From: Nitrospirota bacterium
GTDB lineage: Bacteria; Nitrospirota; UBA9217
Direction: 5' to 3'
Assembly (NCBI GenBank): GCA_041476485.1
Contig: JBGOTO010000002.1
Location: 1 to 50,804 of the forward strand
DNA: 50,804 bases
The position numbers and the translations under genes were made by a program. Positions 16,311 through 26,549 of the stretch are shown in pieces. Each line of letters opens with the position of its first letter. Within the stretch, counting starts at the first letter, position 1. The notes below the pieces were generated by a model. The model ran no database searches and was not told the DNA's origin. It saw nothing but the letters and a program-made list of their open reading frames with translations.

Positions 16311-19300
16311 TTATGCCATTGCCGGTTCACGGAGCCTGGCCGATATCACCCGCGAGCAGCCCGGCTCTTCCATGGTGATGCCGTAGAGCGCGTCGGCCAT
16401 TTCCATGGTGCGCTTGTTGTGCGTGATGACAATGAACTGAGAACGGCTGCTCATCTCGCGGATGAGGCGGGTGAAGCGCGTCACATTCGCTTCGTCGAGC
16501 GGCGCATCCACTTCGTCGAGCATGCAGAAGGGGCTTGGTTTGACGAGGAACGCCGCGAACAGGAGCGCAATAGCCGTGAGAGCCCGTTCCCCGCCCGACA
16601 GAAGCGAGATCGCCTGGAACTTCTTCCCCCGGGGCTGCGCGATGATCTCGATCCCCGATTCGAGGATATCGTTCTCATCAAGAAGCACGAGCTCGGCCTT
16701 TCCGCCTTCAAATAGAAGAGAGAAAACCTCCTTGAACTTTTCCTGGATGGCGTTGAAGGCCTCGCTGAAGAGCTCCCGGGTCTCTCCGTCGAGCTTGGCG
16801 ATCGTGGCCTTGAGGTTGCTCATGGACTCGTTGATGTCGTTCTGCTGCGCGGAGAGCAGGTCGTAGCGGTCCTTGAGCTCGTTGAATTCCTGGAGCGCGT
16901 CCACGTTGATCGGACCCATCTGGTCGATTTTCTGGCGCAGTTCGTCGAGCCGGAGGCCGGATTCCTCCCTATTGATCTCGAATTGCCCCAGTTCCCGGAC
17001 AACGGCCTCAAGTTCGGTGTGATAGGCGCTCCAAATCCTGTCTTTCAGGTGCTCGATCGTCATCCGGAGTTCGGTGCGCTTGACCTCGCAGGCTGAAAGC
17101 CGTTTCTGGGCCGCCTCGATATCGTGCCTGATCTGCCGGGCCTGGTCTTCCGCCGACTGGAGGGCCTGCGTCTTTGCCGCATGGGCCTCCTGCACGGTCA
17201 CGCGGACCTTGCGCTCCGCCTCGAGCGTTTCAATATATCCTTTGATCTCGGTCTCGGCCCCGCTGATGGACGACTCGAGTTCAACGAGCTTGGTTGCGAT
17301 GCCCGCGAGCTCCGCTTCGCGCTTCGAAAGACGGTCGCTGATATCCGATTCCAAACTCGCGAGCGCTGCGAGGTTTTGGGCCATGGCGGCGTGCTTTTCC
17401 TGGAGAGCCGCGACGGCCATTCTGATTTCGGTAATCTCGGCGCGCGCAGCTTCGAGGCTTGTTTTCTTATGTGCGAGCTCGACCTGGATGTTCTCGACGC
17501 TTGCCTGTGCGTTCGTATGGCCCGCTTCGAGGCCCCGGAGCGCGTCGGCGGCTTTCTCGATCCCTGCGTTCAGCTCCTGCTTCTGCGACGCCCGCTCCGC
17601 GGACGCCCCTTCGAGCGTGTTTGCGCGCTCCTGTGTTCTACTGATATCGTCCCTGACCGAGGCGCAGTCTTTGTCCTTATTTACGCCGTCGATTTCCATG
17701 CTGTGGATCAGCCGGGACAGTTCCGACTCGTATTTTTTGTCGGTATCTAGGGAGGCTTCGACGACGATCAGTTCCGCTTCCAGGCCGGCGGCCAACGTTT
17801 TGAGCTCAGCGACCTCGTGCTCCAGGTCCTTGATCTCGCGCCGCTTGGTAAGCATACCCGTGCCGCCCGCTTCAACCGTGCCGCCGGTCACCGCTCCCCA
17901 GGGGTCAACGATCTCTCCGGCAAGCGTTACGATGGTCTTATGGATGCCGTTCTTGTGCCAGAGGTAGAGGGCAGTGTCCATGGTGTCCACAATCACCACG
18001 TCGCCCAGAAGGTACTGGGCCACGTGACTGTACTTATCGTTAAAGCGCACGATATTCAGTGCCGAGCCGATGACACCGCCATGCCCGTTTTTTATAAAAG
18101 GTTCGGTCTTTATCTCCCGCGGCGTTTTCGGCAGAAAGGTGCTTCGTCCTCCGCCCTCTGTCTTGAGATAATTTATTGCTTTGAGGGAATCGTTTTGCGA
18201 ATCCACCACCACGTACTGGAGGCGGTCGCCGAGCACGGCCTCGATCGCAAGTTCGTATTGCGGCTCGGTCTCGATCATGTCGGCCACGAGCCCGTGGATC
18301 GTACCGAGGCGGTCCCCGGACGCAGCTTCCTTGTGCGCCGACATGACGGTCTGCACGCCTTTCTGGTAGCCCTCGAGTTTTTGCTCCAGTTCAAGCAATG
18401 AGCGGAGGCGCGAGCCTTGGCTCGCGAGCCCATGTCGGGCGGAGCTTAAGTCGGTTTCGAGGGTCTTCTTTCTCGCAAGCGACTGGTCTAAGCGGGCGAT
18501 GAGGACAACGTGTTCTTCCTGCGCCGCTTTTCGACGGGCAACGGTGTCCGCAAGCTCGTGTTCTTTTTCCACAAGGAGCGTTGTGAGCTGTTGTACCTTT
18601 TGCGAGAGGTCCTGTCTTTCCTTGAGTTCCCGGGCGTCCTGATCGTCGATCTGGGCAAGGCGGGATTGGAGGTTGGCAATTTTCGTTTTTTCCGCCGAAG
18701 ATTCATTCATGGCGTTGATGATGCCGGTCCTAGCTTCTTCGAGGGAGACTTCCTTCTCCTTGAGCGCCTGAGCGAGGGCTTCTGCCGAGGCGTTCTTTTC
18801 GGCCAGCAGGGAATTTTTTCCCAGGACCGCGGCTGCAAGCGTACGGGACTCCTCCTCCTGTTTGGTTTTCTGCCTGGCGATGCGCGCTGTTTCCTGTCCG
18901 AGATATTCCCTGTCCGCGAGGTCGCGGCCCCGCTGTTCGTTCAGCGACGCGATCTGGCTTTTTGCCATTTCCACGCGGTGCTCGGCGCTGCTGAGCGCGG
19001 ATTCCGTTTCGTGGATTTTATGCTGGAGCGCTGAGAGCTCGTGCTCGGCGGCAAGAGCATCGGCCTTGGATTCTTCGATGGCTGACTCGATCCTGCCGAG
19101 ACCGGCGTGCAGCTCCGTCACCTCGTCTTCGACCTTCCGGAACTCGTCGGTCACCGCCGCCCACTCGATCCCACGGTCCGAATACTCAACCGACGCGAGC
19201 CGGAAGTCGAGGTCCTTCATTTCCGAGCGGAGCTTCTGGTACCGCTCGGCTTTCCTGGCCTGACGATCGAGGGAGTTGACCTGACGCTTCACTTCGATGA

Positions 19301-19895
19301 TGATGTCGTTCACCCGGAGCTGGTTCTGCTGGGTGGATTCGAGTTTGGAGAGCGCCTCCTGCCTGCGGGCCTTGTATTTCATAACGCCGGCGACTTCCTC
19401 GAACAGGAACCGCCGGTCCTGCGGTTTGGACGAAAGGATCTGGTCCACGCGGTCCTGCTCGATGATGGCGTGTATCTTTGCGCCTACTCCCGCGTCCATC
19501 ATGAGATCACGGATGTCCTTGAGGCGGCAGGGGATCTTATTGATGAGGTACTCGCTCTCGCCCGAACGGAAGAGACGCCGGGTGATCTCGAGCTCGCTGT
19601 AGTGCCCGAATTCGGATGAAAGGTTGCCGCCCGCTACCTTGGTGAGCGTGAGGGCCACCTCGGCCATGCCGAGAGGCTTGCGGCTCTCGCTGCCGTTGAA
19701 GATGACGTCTTCCATCTTGTCGCCTCGAAGGAGCTTGGCGCTCTGCTCTCCCAGCACCCAGCGGATGGCATCGGAAATGTTGCTTTTGCCGCAGCCGTTC
19801 GGGCCTACTACGGCAGTGACGCCGGGTTGAAACGTGACTGTGGTTTTGTCCGAAAAGGACTTAAAACCGATCATTTCGAGGGTTTTGAGCTGCAT
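16311..19895 (-). CDS. smc: Chromosome segregation ATPase SMC
   Basis: 1194 aa with Walker [10 protein letters not shown], long coiled coils, a hinge, signature [16 protein letters not shown] and Walker [21 protein letters not shown] present. Confidence 0.95.
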   Translation of the reverse strand: MQLKTLEMIGFKSFSDKTTVTFQPGVTAVVGPNGCGKSNISDAIRWVLGEQSAKLLRGDKMEDVIFNGSESRKPLGMAEVALTLTKVAGGNLSSEFGHYSELEITRRLFRSGESEYLINKIPCRLKDIRDLMMDAGVGAKIHAIIEQDRVDQILSSKPQDRRFLFEEVAGVMKYKARRQEALSKLESTQQNQLRVNDIIIEVKRQVNSLDRQARKAERYQKLRSEMKDLDFRLASVEYSDRGIEWAAVTDEFRKVEDEVTELHAGLGRIESAIEESKADALAAEHELSALQHKIHETESALSSAEHRVEMAKSQIASLNEQRGRDLADREYLGQETARIARQKTKQEEESRTLAAAVLGKNSLLAEKNASAEALAQALKEKEVSLEEARTGIINAMNESSAEKTKIANLQSRLAQIDDQDARELKERQDLSQKVQQLTTLLVEKEHELADTVARRKAAQEEHVVLIARLDQSLARKKTLETDLSSARHGLASQGSRLRSLLELEQKLEGYQKGVQTVMSAHKEAASGDRLGTIHGLVADMIETEPQYELAIEAVLGDRLQYVVVDSQNDSLKAINYLKTEGGGRSTFLPKTPREIKTEPFIKNGHGGVIGSALNIVRFNDKYSHVAQYLLGDVVIVDTMDTALYLWHKNGIHKTIVTLAGEIVDPWGAVTGGTVEAGGTGMLTKRREIKDLEHEVAELKTLAAGLEAELIVVEASLDTDKKYESELSRLIHSMEIDGVNKDKDCASVRDDISRTQERANTLEGASAERASQKQELNAGIEKAADALRGLEAGHTNAQASVENIQVELAHKKTSLEAARAEITEIRMAVAALQEKHAAMAQNLAALASLESDISDRLSKREAELAGIATKLVELESSISGAETEIKGYIETLEAERKVRVTVQEAHAAKTQALQSAEDQARQIRHDIEAAQKRLSACEVKRTELRMTIEHLKDRIWSAYHTELEAVVRELGQFEINREESGLRLDELRQKIDQMGPINVDALQEFNELKDRYDLLSAQQNDINESMSNLKATIAKLDGETRELFSEAFNAIQEKFKEVFSLLFEGGKAELVLLDENDILESGIEIIAQPRGKKFQAISLLSGGERALTAIALLFAAFLVKPSPFCMLDEVDAPLDEANVTRFTRLIREMSSRSQFIVITHNKRTMEMADALYGITMEEPGCSRVISARLREPAMA

Positions 19896-19954
19896 AGGCC
19901 TCCAAATACAAAGTTGAAAATAATGGCGGGTACGTTCAGATGTTTATTGAAGAG

Positions 19955-19983
19955 GTATATATCATAGTTCAGGGGGTTTGTAA
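19955..19983 (-). promoter_or_regulatory. Sigma70-type promoter candidate for smc
   Basis: Minus strand reads TTTACA, 17-nt spacer, TATATA, about 60 nt upstream of the smc ATG. Confidence 0.35.
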
Positions 19984-20049
19984 AGCAAAAAATAACAAGG
20001 TAAGGTATTGATTATGGTGGTATATACTATATATTGTGGTTATCCGTGG

Positions 20050-21738
20050 CTATATTTCACGTTGCAAGAGCCTTTTTACGCCGATTTTCATGGGTAAAAT
20101 CAGGGCCAGGACATTGACGACCAGCACAACAATGAATGACAGCGTAATTGACAGCAATGCGGCGGGCGTGATGGATCCGCCCATGGTTTGGGCGGAAAAA
20201 ATCCTGTACACAGGCCAGGCCTCGAGCGTAATTACCGCGCCGATAAACAGCATCGTGACCAGCATGTACACGATGCCGCCGAAGCCCGTGGGGATCTGTG
20301 CCACGTTTTCGTGCTTGAATTTGGGGAACACGGCGCCCAGGCCCACGCCGAGGGCGGTAATGCCGAAAGTCATCATGAATACCGTGACGATGCCGAGGCC
20401 CATCATAAAGGGCGTGACCTTCAGCAGCGTGTTCGAGAGTACGATCAGCACTTCGGCAAGCACCAGGAGCGGCAGAAGGCTCGACCAGAACTTCGACCAG
20501 AGGAAGTGCCTGAGCGAAAGCGGGGCGGAACGGACAATCCAGAATGCATCTCCTTCGAGACTGACGGCGGGGAAAACGAACCGCACGGCAACGGCGGAGG
20601 TCACGAAGCCGACCATGCCGAGGTTCAGGAAGGCTATCAGGTTCTGAAGAAAGAAGCTCGGCATGGCCGCGCGCTCAAGGGGCAGGAGCTTGAAGCTGTA
20701 GATGTACACGACCATCAGCGCAAGCAGCAGGAAGAGCTGGGACCACTGCGACGTGTCCCTGAAGAAAAGCTTGACGTCCTTCAGCACAATGGACCGCATC
20801 GTGCCCCGGAACGGCGTCGTGAGCATCCTGAAGAACGCGTCCGCCGCGCGCGAACGCGAGATCGCGGCCCGTTTGCCTTCCTGGGAGCGCGACCACCCGC
20901 TGTAGTAGATTTTTCCGCACACCCACTCTCCGATCACGAGGCCCGCGGATGCCGTGCTCCAGAGCATGAGCAGGTTGAAGACGATGTCGCCCGTTGTCCT
21001 TCGAAGAAGGGGGGAAAGCGTGTCGGTGGCCCAGGAACTCGGCAGGAGCGGCGATACCGGCGCGCGCAGGGCCGTCAAATACTGGACCAGCGAGGGAAAA
21101 GTGTCCGGATCAACGAGCTTTTCGGGTCTCATCATGCGGAACAGAACGTACACGACCACGAAAAACAGGAGTCCCATGAGCACGATGATGTCCTTGGCCC
21201 TGCGTGCAGGGAACGCATTGACGAGCAGCATGGTCATGATGATGCCGACGGCGGCCGGGACCATCAAAAAAGGAATGATGGTGAGGAGCAGGCCGAGATA
21301 GTACGTGAGCGGGGCATTGAATGCCGTGCCGTAGGCGATGAAGACCGGCAGACCGTAAATGAGCGTCATCCACGATGAATCGATCACGGTCTCGATGAAC
21401 TTTGCGCGGTAAATGCTCTCGATGCGGACGGGAGCAGAGAGCAGGATGTCGAGTTCTCCCGAGAGATAGTATGTCGAGAGCGAGGTCACCACGTTGCTGA
21501 AAACAAGGATCGAAAAGAAGGTGAGGAGAATCATCGACAGCAGCCGAAGCGCGAGCAGATCGCCGAGCCCCTCGATGGTCCTGAAATAGGAGAGTACCTT
21601 GAAGGAGACGGTGTACAGGAAAGCCCAGAACCCGAGGCCGAGCAGTCCGAGTACCGCTGTCTTCAGGCCGTCACCGGGCGCAAGCCGGGTGAGACGGTTC
21701 CGAAGGGCGTTATAGCGCGGTGTGAGAAGAAGGAACAT
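20050..21738 (-). CDS. Large polytopic ABC-exporter permease (562 aa)
   Basis: At least 10 hydrophobic helices. ATG 21738 lies 4 nt after the ATPase stop. The track's upstream extension (to 21876) overlaps the ATPase gene and is Arg/Ser/Pro-rich. Confidence 0.75.
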   Translation of the reverse strand: MFLLLTPRYNALRNRLTRLAPGDGLKTAVLGLLGLGFWAFLYTVSFKVLSYFRTIEGLGDLLALRLLSMILLTFFSILVFSNVVTSLSTYYLSGELDILLSAPVRIESIYRAKFIETVIDSSWMTLIYGLPVFIAYGTAFNAPLTYYLGLLLTIIPFLMVPAAVGIIMTMLLVNAFPARRAKDIIVLMGLLFFVVVYVLFRMMRPEKLVDPDTFPSLVQYLTALRAPVSPLLPSSWATDTLSPLLRRTTGDIVFNLLMLWSTASAGLVIGEWVCGKIYYSGWSRSQEGKRAAISRSRAADAFFRMLTTPFRGTMRSIVLKDVKLFFRDTSQWSQLFLLLALMVVYIYSFKLLPLERAAMPSFFLQNLIAFLNLGMVGFVTSAVAVRFVFPAVSLEGDAFWIVRSAPLSLRHFLWSKFWSSLLPLLVLAEVLIVLSNTLLKVTPFMMGLGIVTVFMMTFGITALGVGLGAVFPKFKHENVAQIPTGFGGIVYMLVTMLFIGAVITLEAWPVYRIFSAQTMGGSITPAALLSITLSFIVVLVVNVLALILPMKIGVKRLLQREI

Positions 21739-21742
21739 AATT

Positions 21743-22471
21743 TTATGCCGCCTCGTCGCCGCCCGTGAGCCGGAGGAAGATTGGCTCCAGGTGGCTTTCG
21801 GGCATGCTGGCCATGCGGGCGAGGTCCCCGACGCTGCCCTCGGCGATGATCCTGCCCTGGTTGATGATGGCCACACGGGTGCACATCTGCTCCACGATCT
21901 CGAGGGTGTGCGTGGACATGAACACCGTCACGCCTTTGGATGCCAGGTCTTTAAAAATGTCTTTTACGAGACGCGCTCCCCTTGGGTCGAGGCCCACCAT
22001 GGGTTCGTCCACGACGAGCACCCTGGGTCCGTGCAGGAGCGACGATGCCATGACCAGGCGCTGTTTCATGCCGTGGGAGAAGTTCTCTATCAGTTCGTTC
22101 TTCCAGTCCGGGAGGCCGAATTGTTCGAGCAGTTCATTGATACGCCCGGTCGAGTCCTCCATATCGTACAGTGCTGAGACAAAGTGCATGAACTCCACGG
22201 CGGTCAGTTTTTCATACAGGAACGGCCTGTCGGGAATGAACCCGGTGATGAACTTTGCCTTGAGGGGCTCTTTCTGCACGTCGTGGCCGCCGATGAGGAT
22301 GCTGCCCTCCGTCGGCTGGAGCAAACCCGCCATCATCTTGATCGTCGTGGTCTTGCCCGCGCCGTTCGGGCCGAGAAAACCGAAGACCTCTCCCTGCGCC
22401 ACCTCGAGGGTGACGTTGTTCACGGCTTTGAGAGCGCCGTAGTTCTTGGTAAGGTTGATGAGTTTGATCAT
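21743..22471 (-). CDS. ABC transporter ATP-binding protein
   Basis: Walker A GPNGAGKTT, signature-like FSHGMKQRL, Walker B VLVVDEP. Confidence 0.92.
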   Translation of the reverse strand: MIKLINLTKNYGALKAVNNVTLEVAQGEVFGFLGPNGAGKTTTIKMMAGLLQPTEGSILIGGHDVQKEPLKAKFITGFIPDRPFLYEKLTAVEFMHFVSALYDMEDSTGRINELLEQFGLPDWKNELIENFSHGMKQRLVMASSLLHGPRVLVVDEPMVGLDPRGARLVKDIFKDLASKGVTVFMSTHTLEIVEQMCTRVAIINQGRIIAEGSVGDLARMASMPESHLEPIFLRLTGGDEAA

Positions 22472-23919
22472 TTATATTCCAGAACTTCCACTTTCAGCTT
22501 TCCCACCAGCCTCAGAATTTGCGACTGTGTATCGAGATTCCCCGTGGCGAACCGGATATGCGTGGCGTCGGCAGGGAACTGGTTGAACGTGGGATCGATT
22601 GCCATCCATTCTCCGAGCCAGACCTCCGGCCAGGCATGGTAGTAAAACCCGTCTTCCATATACACGATCCCTGCGGCCATGCGCGTGGGGATGCCCGCGG
22701 AGCGGGCCAGGGCCGTATACAGCGCTGTATGTTCGTTACAGTCGCCTTCCCGCTGGTTCAGTACTTCGAGGGCGCTCGGGATGCTTACGACCGCCTTTTT
22801 CGCCAGCGCCGTATAGACCCACTCATTCAGCTTCTTTGCGGCGTCGCGGGCATGGCGTTCACCGGACAGGATCCTTGAAGCCTGGTCGATGATCTTTTTG
22901 TCGTCGCTCTGGATGAGGGCGTTCGGTTGCAGGTATTCATTTTGCTCTTTTCCCGTATAAGGCAGCCGATATGCCGCAGGGTAGTCCTGGGTCCGTACCT
23001 CTAGAGTATCTCCCCGAAGCGATTGTCGATCGCCGTCAAGCTGAAAACCGTTCAGAGAAACGCCTTGCAGCCGGGCCCTCAAGTATTTTACCTGGGAGGG
23101 CTCTTTAATCATCCCGGAAGGGATCCTGGTCAGCGTGATAATGTCGACAACCGGCCCTTCTTTATCGAGTTTTTTTGCTTCCTTCGGACTTTCCTGCAAA
23201 AGCACGTAGCCCAACGGGCTCTCTTCCTTGATCGTCTCTCCATCCTGCGTGATCCATGAGGTTGATTCGAGGCCCTGGAAGGCTTCGTTCAGCTTATAGA
23301 CGGTCTGCTCCTTGTCTCCCACCTTGATGTGTTCGCTCGACACTATCGTGATCGTGGCGTCTTCGGTATTCATGGTGGCGGGGTTGAACAGCGGGAAGCG
23401 ATATTTTTTCCCGGGCTCCAGACCGAGCAGAATAAGCGCGGGCTTGATGTTCGGCGACAGATACGGAGGCTCCTTGAGCGGAATGTGTTCCGCGCGCGTC
23501 TGGCCGCCGGTTTCGATGTCCAGGACCAGTTTTTTTCCGATAACGGCGCCCTTGATCTTCATCGACGTCGGTCCGGACTGCATCGTGAAGTCGAAGTACT
23601 TCAAAAGGAAGTTCTTCGTGGTGTAGCTGTTGATGACCGTTTTTACCCGTTGCACGGAGCCGAGGACCAGGATATCGAGTTCTGATTCTTCGTACAGGTG
23701 GTAGGTCTCCGCCTCGGGCAGGATGCTGGTATGGGCATAGCCGATCTTTCTGCCCTGCTGGTAGATGCCGAACCATTCATCCCCCGCACGGACGCCTTCC
23801 TGGGTGATGACGTCGAGGGCGATGACCGTGGCAGGCCGGAGGTACGTGCGCTCGACGAGGAGGCCGAGCATGACGAACCAGAAAACGAGGATGAGGGTGC
23901 TGATGATTTTGTTGAGCAT
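22468..23919 (-). CDS. Membrane-anchored transglutaminase-like (Cys-His-Asp) protein
   Basis: N-terminal TM helix and core EGDCNEHTALYTALARSAGIPTR...YYHAWPEVWL...WMAIDP. Its stop overlaps the ATPase start (ATGA). Confidence 0.85.
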   Translation of the reverse strand: MLNKIISTLILVFWFVMLGLLVERTYLRPATVIALDVITQEGVRAGDEWFGIYQQGRKIGYAHTSILPEAETYHLYEESELDILVLGSVQRVKTVINSYTTKNFLLKYFDFTMQSGPTSMKIKGAVIGKKLVLDIETGGQTRAEHIPLKEPPYLSPNIKPALILLGLEPGKKYRFPLFNPATMNTEDATITIVSSEHIKVGDKEQTVYKLNEAFQGLESTSWITQDGETIKEESPLGYVLLQESPKEAKKLDKEGPVVDIITLTRIPSGMIKEPSQVKYLRARLQGVSLNGFQLDGDRQSLRGDTLEVRTQDYPAAYRLPYTGKEQNEYLQPNALIQSDDKKIIDQASRILSGERHARDAAKKLNEWVYTALAKKAVVSIPSALEVLNQREGDCNEHTALYTALARSAGIPTRMAAGIVYMEDGFYYHAWPEVWLGEWMAIDPTFNQFPADATHIRFATGNLDTQSQILRLVGKLKVEVLEYK

Positions 23920-24032
23920 GGGGAATTACCGGCTCCGGCTGCGTCCCGCAATTCTTATCATAATACGACCTCGCTTGTATGGTAACGCTAAAGTTCCGCG
24001 TTGTCAAATGGGGCCGAACGGCATTTATTCAT

Positions 24033-24061
24033 TTGACAGGCAACAAATAAACAATTATGAT
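24033..24061 (+). promoter_or_regulatory. Near-consensus sigma70 promoter for the 24082-26071 operon
   Basis: TTGACA (24033-24038), 17-nt spacer, TATGAT (24056-24061). This places the TSS downstream of the track's TTG start at 24061. Confidence 0.6.
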
Positions 24062-24081
24062 TGCTTTACATGAGGAAGAGT

Positions 24082-24378
24082 ATGAAAAATATTCCCGGAC
24101 GCCTGGTTGTTCCGGTGCTCTCGGCCATCCTGCTGCTGCCGGACGCGGCATGGGCCGCGGGCGGTGATGCATCTCCGCTGGTCTTTGTCGCCGACTCCCG
24201 CGGGCTGTCGGGGTGGCAGGCATGGTTCGCGAACCTCTACAATGAAAGCCGGCTCCTTTTTACGCTCCTCTCGGTCGTTTTGATTCCGCTCGTCGGTCTG
24301 TTCTTCGGCCTAATAGCGGAATTCATCATGAACAGAATCGGCCTCGATCTCAAATCAAGGGACCTTTCAGAACATTAA
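24082..24378 (+). CDS. Small exported protein with C-terminal TM helix (98 aa)
   Basis: Signal peptide MKNIPGRLVVPVLSAILLLPDAAWAAGG and later TM helix LLFTLLSVVLIPLVGLFFGLIAEFI. GAGGA lies 5 nt upstream of the ATG. Confidence 0.65.
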   Translation: MKNIPGRLVVPVLSAILLLPDAAWAAGGDASPLVFVADSRGLSGWQAWFANLYNESRLLFTLLSVVLIPLVGLFFGLIAEFIMNRIGLDLKSRDLSEH

Positions 24379-24393
24379 CCGCGAGGAAGCAGC

Positions 24394-25449
24394 ATGGATT
24401 TCTTTTATATCTATTTACCCATATCGGGCGTGACGATATTCTGGCCGGGACTCCTTGTCCTCGGTATCGGCGTCGGGATAATCGGCGGTTTTTTCGGCAT
24501 GGGCGGCGGCTGGATGGTGACACCCGGCCTTAACATTCTGGGCATGCCCATGTCCTTTGCCATCGGGACAGACATCGCCCACATGGCGGGGAAATCGCTC
24601 ATCGCCACGATGCGGCACGGAAGGTTCGGCAACGTCGATTACAAGATGGGATTCATCATGGTCTTCGGGACGGTCATTGGTTTCGAACTCGGGGCCCAGA
24701 TGATCATGTGGCTTGAGAGGATCGGCAAGGTCGATCTCTATGTCCGCTGGACGTATGTCGTGCTGCTCATTGCCATCGCCTGGTTGGTTTTTCATGATGT
24801 TGCGAAGAAAAACAGGAAGACGGCGGCGGCGAAGGCCGCGGGAAAGGAAGTCGACAAGTTCGCAACCGGCATCGAGTGGCACAAGACGCTCCACCGGATC
24901 AAGATCCCTCCGATGGTCCATTTCAAGGAAAGCGGGTTCACCTGCTCCGTGTGGCTTCCCATCCTGGTGAGCTTTATCACCGGATGGCTCGCCGGCCTGC
25001 TTGGCATCGGTGGAGGTCTCTTCCGTATGCCGGCCCTCATCTATCTCGTCGGATGTCCGACCCACATTGCCGTCGGCACGGACCTCTTCGAGGTCATGAT
25101 ATCGGGCCTGTACGGGGCCGGCACGTACACGTATAAGGGAAGGACCGAGCTGCTTGCCGCCATCGTCATGCTGGTCGGGGCCTCGGTCGGCGCGCAGATC
25201 GGCACCGTGGCCACGAAATACGTCAAGGGGTACGGCATCCGGATCGCTTTCGGACTTGCCGTGGTCGGTTGCTGCGTCTCGGTCATCATGAAGCTGGTCC
25301 CCACGTATATCAGCGGAACGAAGATCTTTATGGATGACGCTTCGTTGGTCATGGTCCTCGTCCTGGTGAGCGCCCTGTCCCTGTATATTTTCGTTAAAAT
25401 GCTGCGGGGCGGCAAAAGGGAAATTGATGAAAAAAAAGGGAAGGCATAG
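24394..25449 (+). CDS. TauE/SafE-family (DUF81) anion permease
   Basis: 351 aa with two internal repeats, each carrying GGFFGMGGG / LGIGGG motifs, and about 8-10 TM helices. Confidence 0.8.
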   Translation: MDFFYIYLPISGVTIFWPGLLVLGIGVGIIGGFFGMGGGWMVTPGLNILGMPMSFAIGTDIAHMAGKSLIATMRHGRFGNVDYKMGFIMVFGTVIGFELGAQMIMWLERIGKVDLYVRWTYVVLLIAIAWLVFHDVAKKNRKTAAAKAAGKEVDKFATGIEWHKTLHRIKIPPMVHFKESGFTCSVWLPILVSFITGWLAGLLGIGGGLFRMPALIYLVGCPTHIAVGTDLFEVMISGLYGAGTYTYKGRTELLAAIVMLVGASVGAQIGTVATKYVKGYGIRIAFGLAVVGCCVSVIMKLVPTYISGTKIFMDDASLVMVLVLVSALSLYIFVKMLRGGKREIDEKKGKA

Positions 25450-25456
25450 CGTGAAA

Positions 25457-26071
25457 ATGAAAATGCAACGTGCTCTCCGGGTGCTGTCCATCATCGTTAT
25501 GGCGGTGTCTTTGTTCGGCTGCGGCAAGGGGCTGGGCAAGGTCGACCAGGGGAGGGTGATCGAATTCGACAGGGAAAAGCGGACCGTCACCTTCATACGG
25601 GACGTGGCGGCCGAGCTGGGAAATCCGCACTACACCCATCTGCCTCCGGTGACCTATGAGCTTCCGAAAGACCCGAATGAGACGGGGAAGGAGCCGAAGG
25701 CGGGCTACCGGATGCTGTTAGACACGGGGAAAAAGCAGATCACCTTGTACGTTCCCGCTACCAACAGTTTCCAAACAATAGAGTACAAGCTTGTCGCCCA
25801 GAAGGAAAACGTCTTGAAGGACGACCCGCTCGTATTCGACAGGGACACGAACAAGCCGCGTAATTTCCCCATCATCGACAGGGCACGGAAGACCATCACC
25901 GTCTATTCCGGCAGGCAGAAGACGCTGACGACCTTTACGGTGCCGGACCGGTACTTCGCGCTGCCTGAGAAGACCTGGGACGCCGGCGACGAGGTACGCG
26001 TCTATTATAAAGAAGAGGGCAAGGCGCTCAGGTTCATGAATGTCAGCAGGACCGATATCTTCAAAAAATAA
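25457..26071 (+). CDS. Lipoprotein of unknown function
   Basis: Signal peptide with lipobox SLFGC (MKMQRALRVLSIIVMAVSLFGCGKG). GTG 25451 is an alternative start, and the track start at 25424 overlaps the TauE gene. Confidence 0.7.
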   Translation: MKMQRALRVLSIIVMAVSLFGCGKGLGKVDQGRVIEFDREKRTVTFIRDVAAELGNPHYTHLPPVTYELPKDPNETGKEPKAGYRMLLDTGKKQITLYVPATNSFQTIEYKLVAQKENVLKDDPLVFDRDTNKPRNFPIIDRARKTITVYSGRQKTLTTFTVPDRYFALPEKTWDAGDEVRVYYKEEGKALRFMNVSRTDIFKK

Positions 26072-26132
26072 CATCTCGTTCCTCTGGTGCGAGGTTGACA
26101 GGCGCTGAGACCCGAAGCGACGTGCTTTTCCA

Positions 26133-26161
26133 TTGACAGGAAAACGGCGGGCGGGTATAAT
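26133..26161 (+). promoter_or_regulatory. Consensus sigma70 promoter for tatA
   Basis: TTGACA (26133-26138), 17-nt spacer, TATAAT (26156-26161), 30 nt upstream of the tatA ATG, which has a GGAGG RBS. Confidence 0.7.
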
Positions 26162-26190
26162 TCGACATATCACGTTGGAGGAACAGAAAC

Positions 26191-26379
26191 ATGTTTGAAG
26201 GACTTTTTCAGCCGATGCATTTGCTCCTCATCCTGCTGATCGTATTGATCATCTTCGGACCGGGCAAACTGCCGGAACTCGGGGAAGGACTCGGGAAGAG
26301 CATCAAGGCCTTCAAAAAGGCGCTCAAAGACGGGGAGAATGCTTCGTCCCTGGAGCATAAAGCAGAGAAAAAAGCATAA
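26191..26379 (+). CDS. tatA: Twin-arginine translocase subunit TatA/E
   Basis: 62 aa: one TM helix, FGPGKLPELG hinge and an amphipathic helix. Confidence 0.92.
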   Translation: MFEGLFQPMHLLLILLIVLIIFGPGKLPELGEGLGKSIKAFKKALKDGENASSLEHKAEKKA

Positions 26380-26549
26380 TCCTCCCTGCGGGTTTTTCAG
26401 GGAGCATGCAGAGTGAGAGGCATAGGCCGGCGACGCGCGCGTTTTAAGGCTTTGCCTCTTTTTTGCGTTCTTTTCCTTTTCTCCGGAAAGGCGCTGCCCG
26501 AAAAAAACCAGGCGATCAACGTTGTCGCATGTGTTTGTCTTTCCCTACT

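Noticed and set aside
24415-25596. Long antisense ORFs opposite recognised genes: 24415-25596 (393 aa), 26397-27830 (477 aa), 34338-36008 (556 aa), 40028-41479 (483 aa), 43156-44226 (356 aa), 46058-47101 (347 aa), 37070-37921 (283 aa), 37482-38450 (322 aa), 20188-21378 (396 aa).
   Set aside because: Each lies entirely opposite a gene with clear family motifs (TauE, kup, paralog B, lnt, ribD, selD, era, ABC permease). Their translations are Arg/Gly/His/Asp/Pro-rich low-complexity sequences typical of shadow ORFs in GC-rich DNA. None has an RBS or a recognisable motif.
26380-26549. Possible c-di-AMP or K+-related riboswitch, or a clean terminator, between tatA and kup.
   Set aside because: No conserved ydaO-type core is recognisable by eye. 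The CTCCCTG/CAGGGAG hairpin after tatA lacks a trailing T-run, so I did not list it as a terminator.
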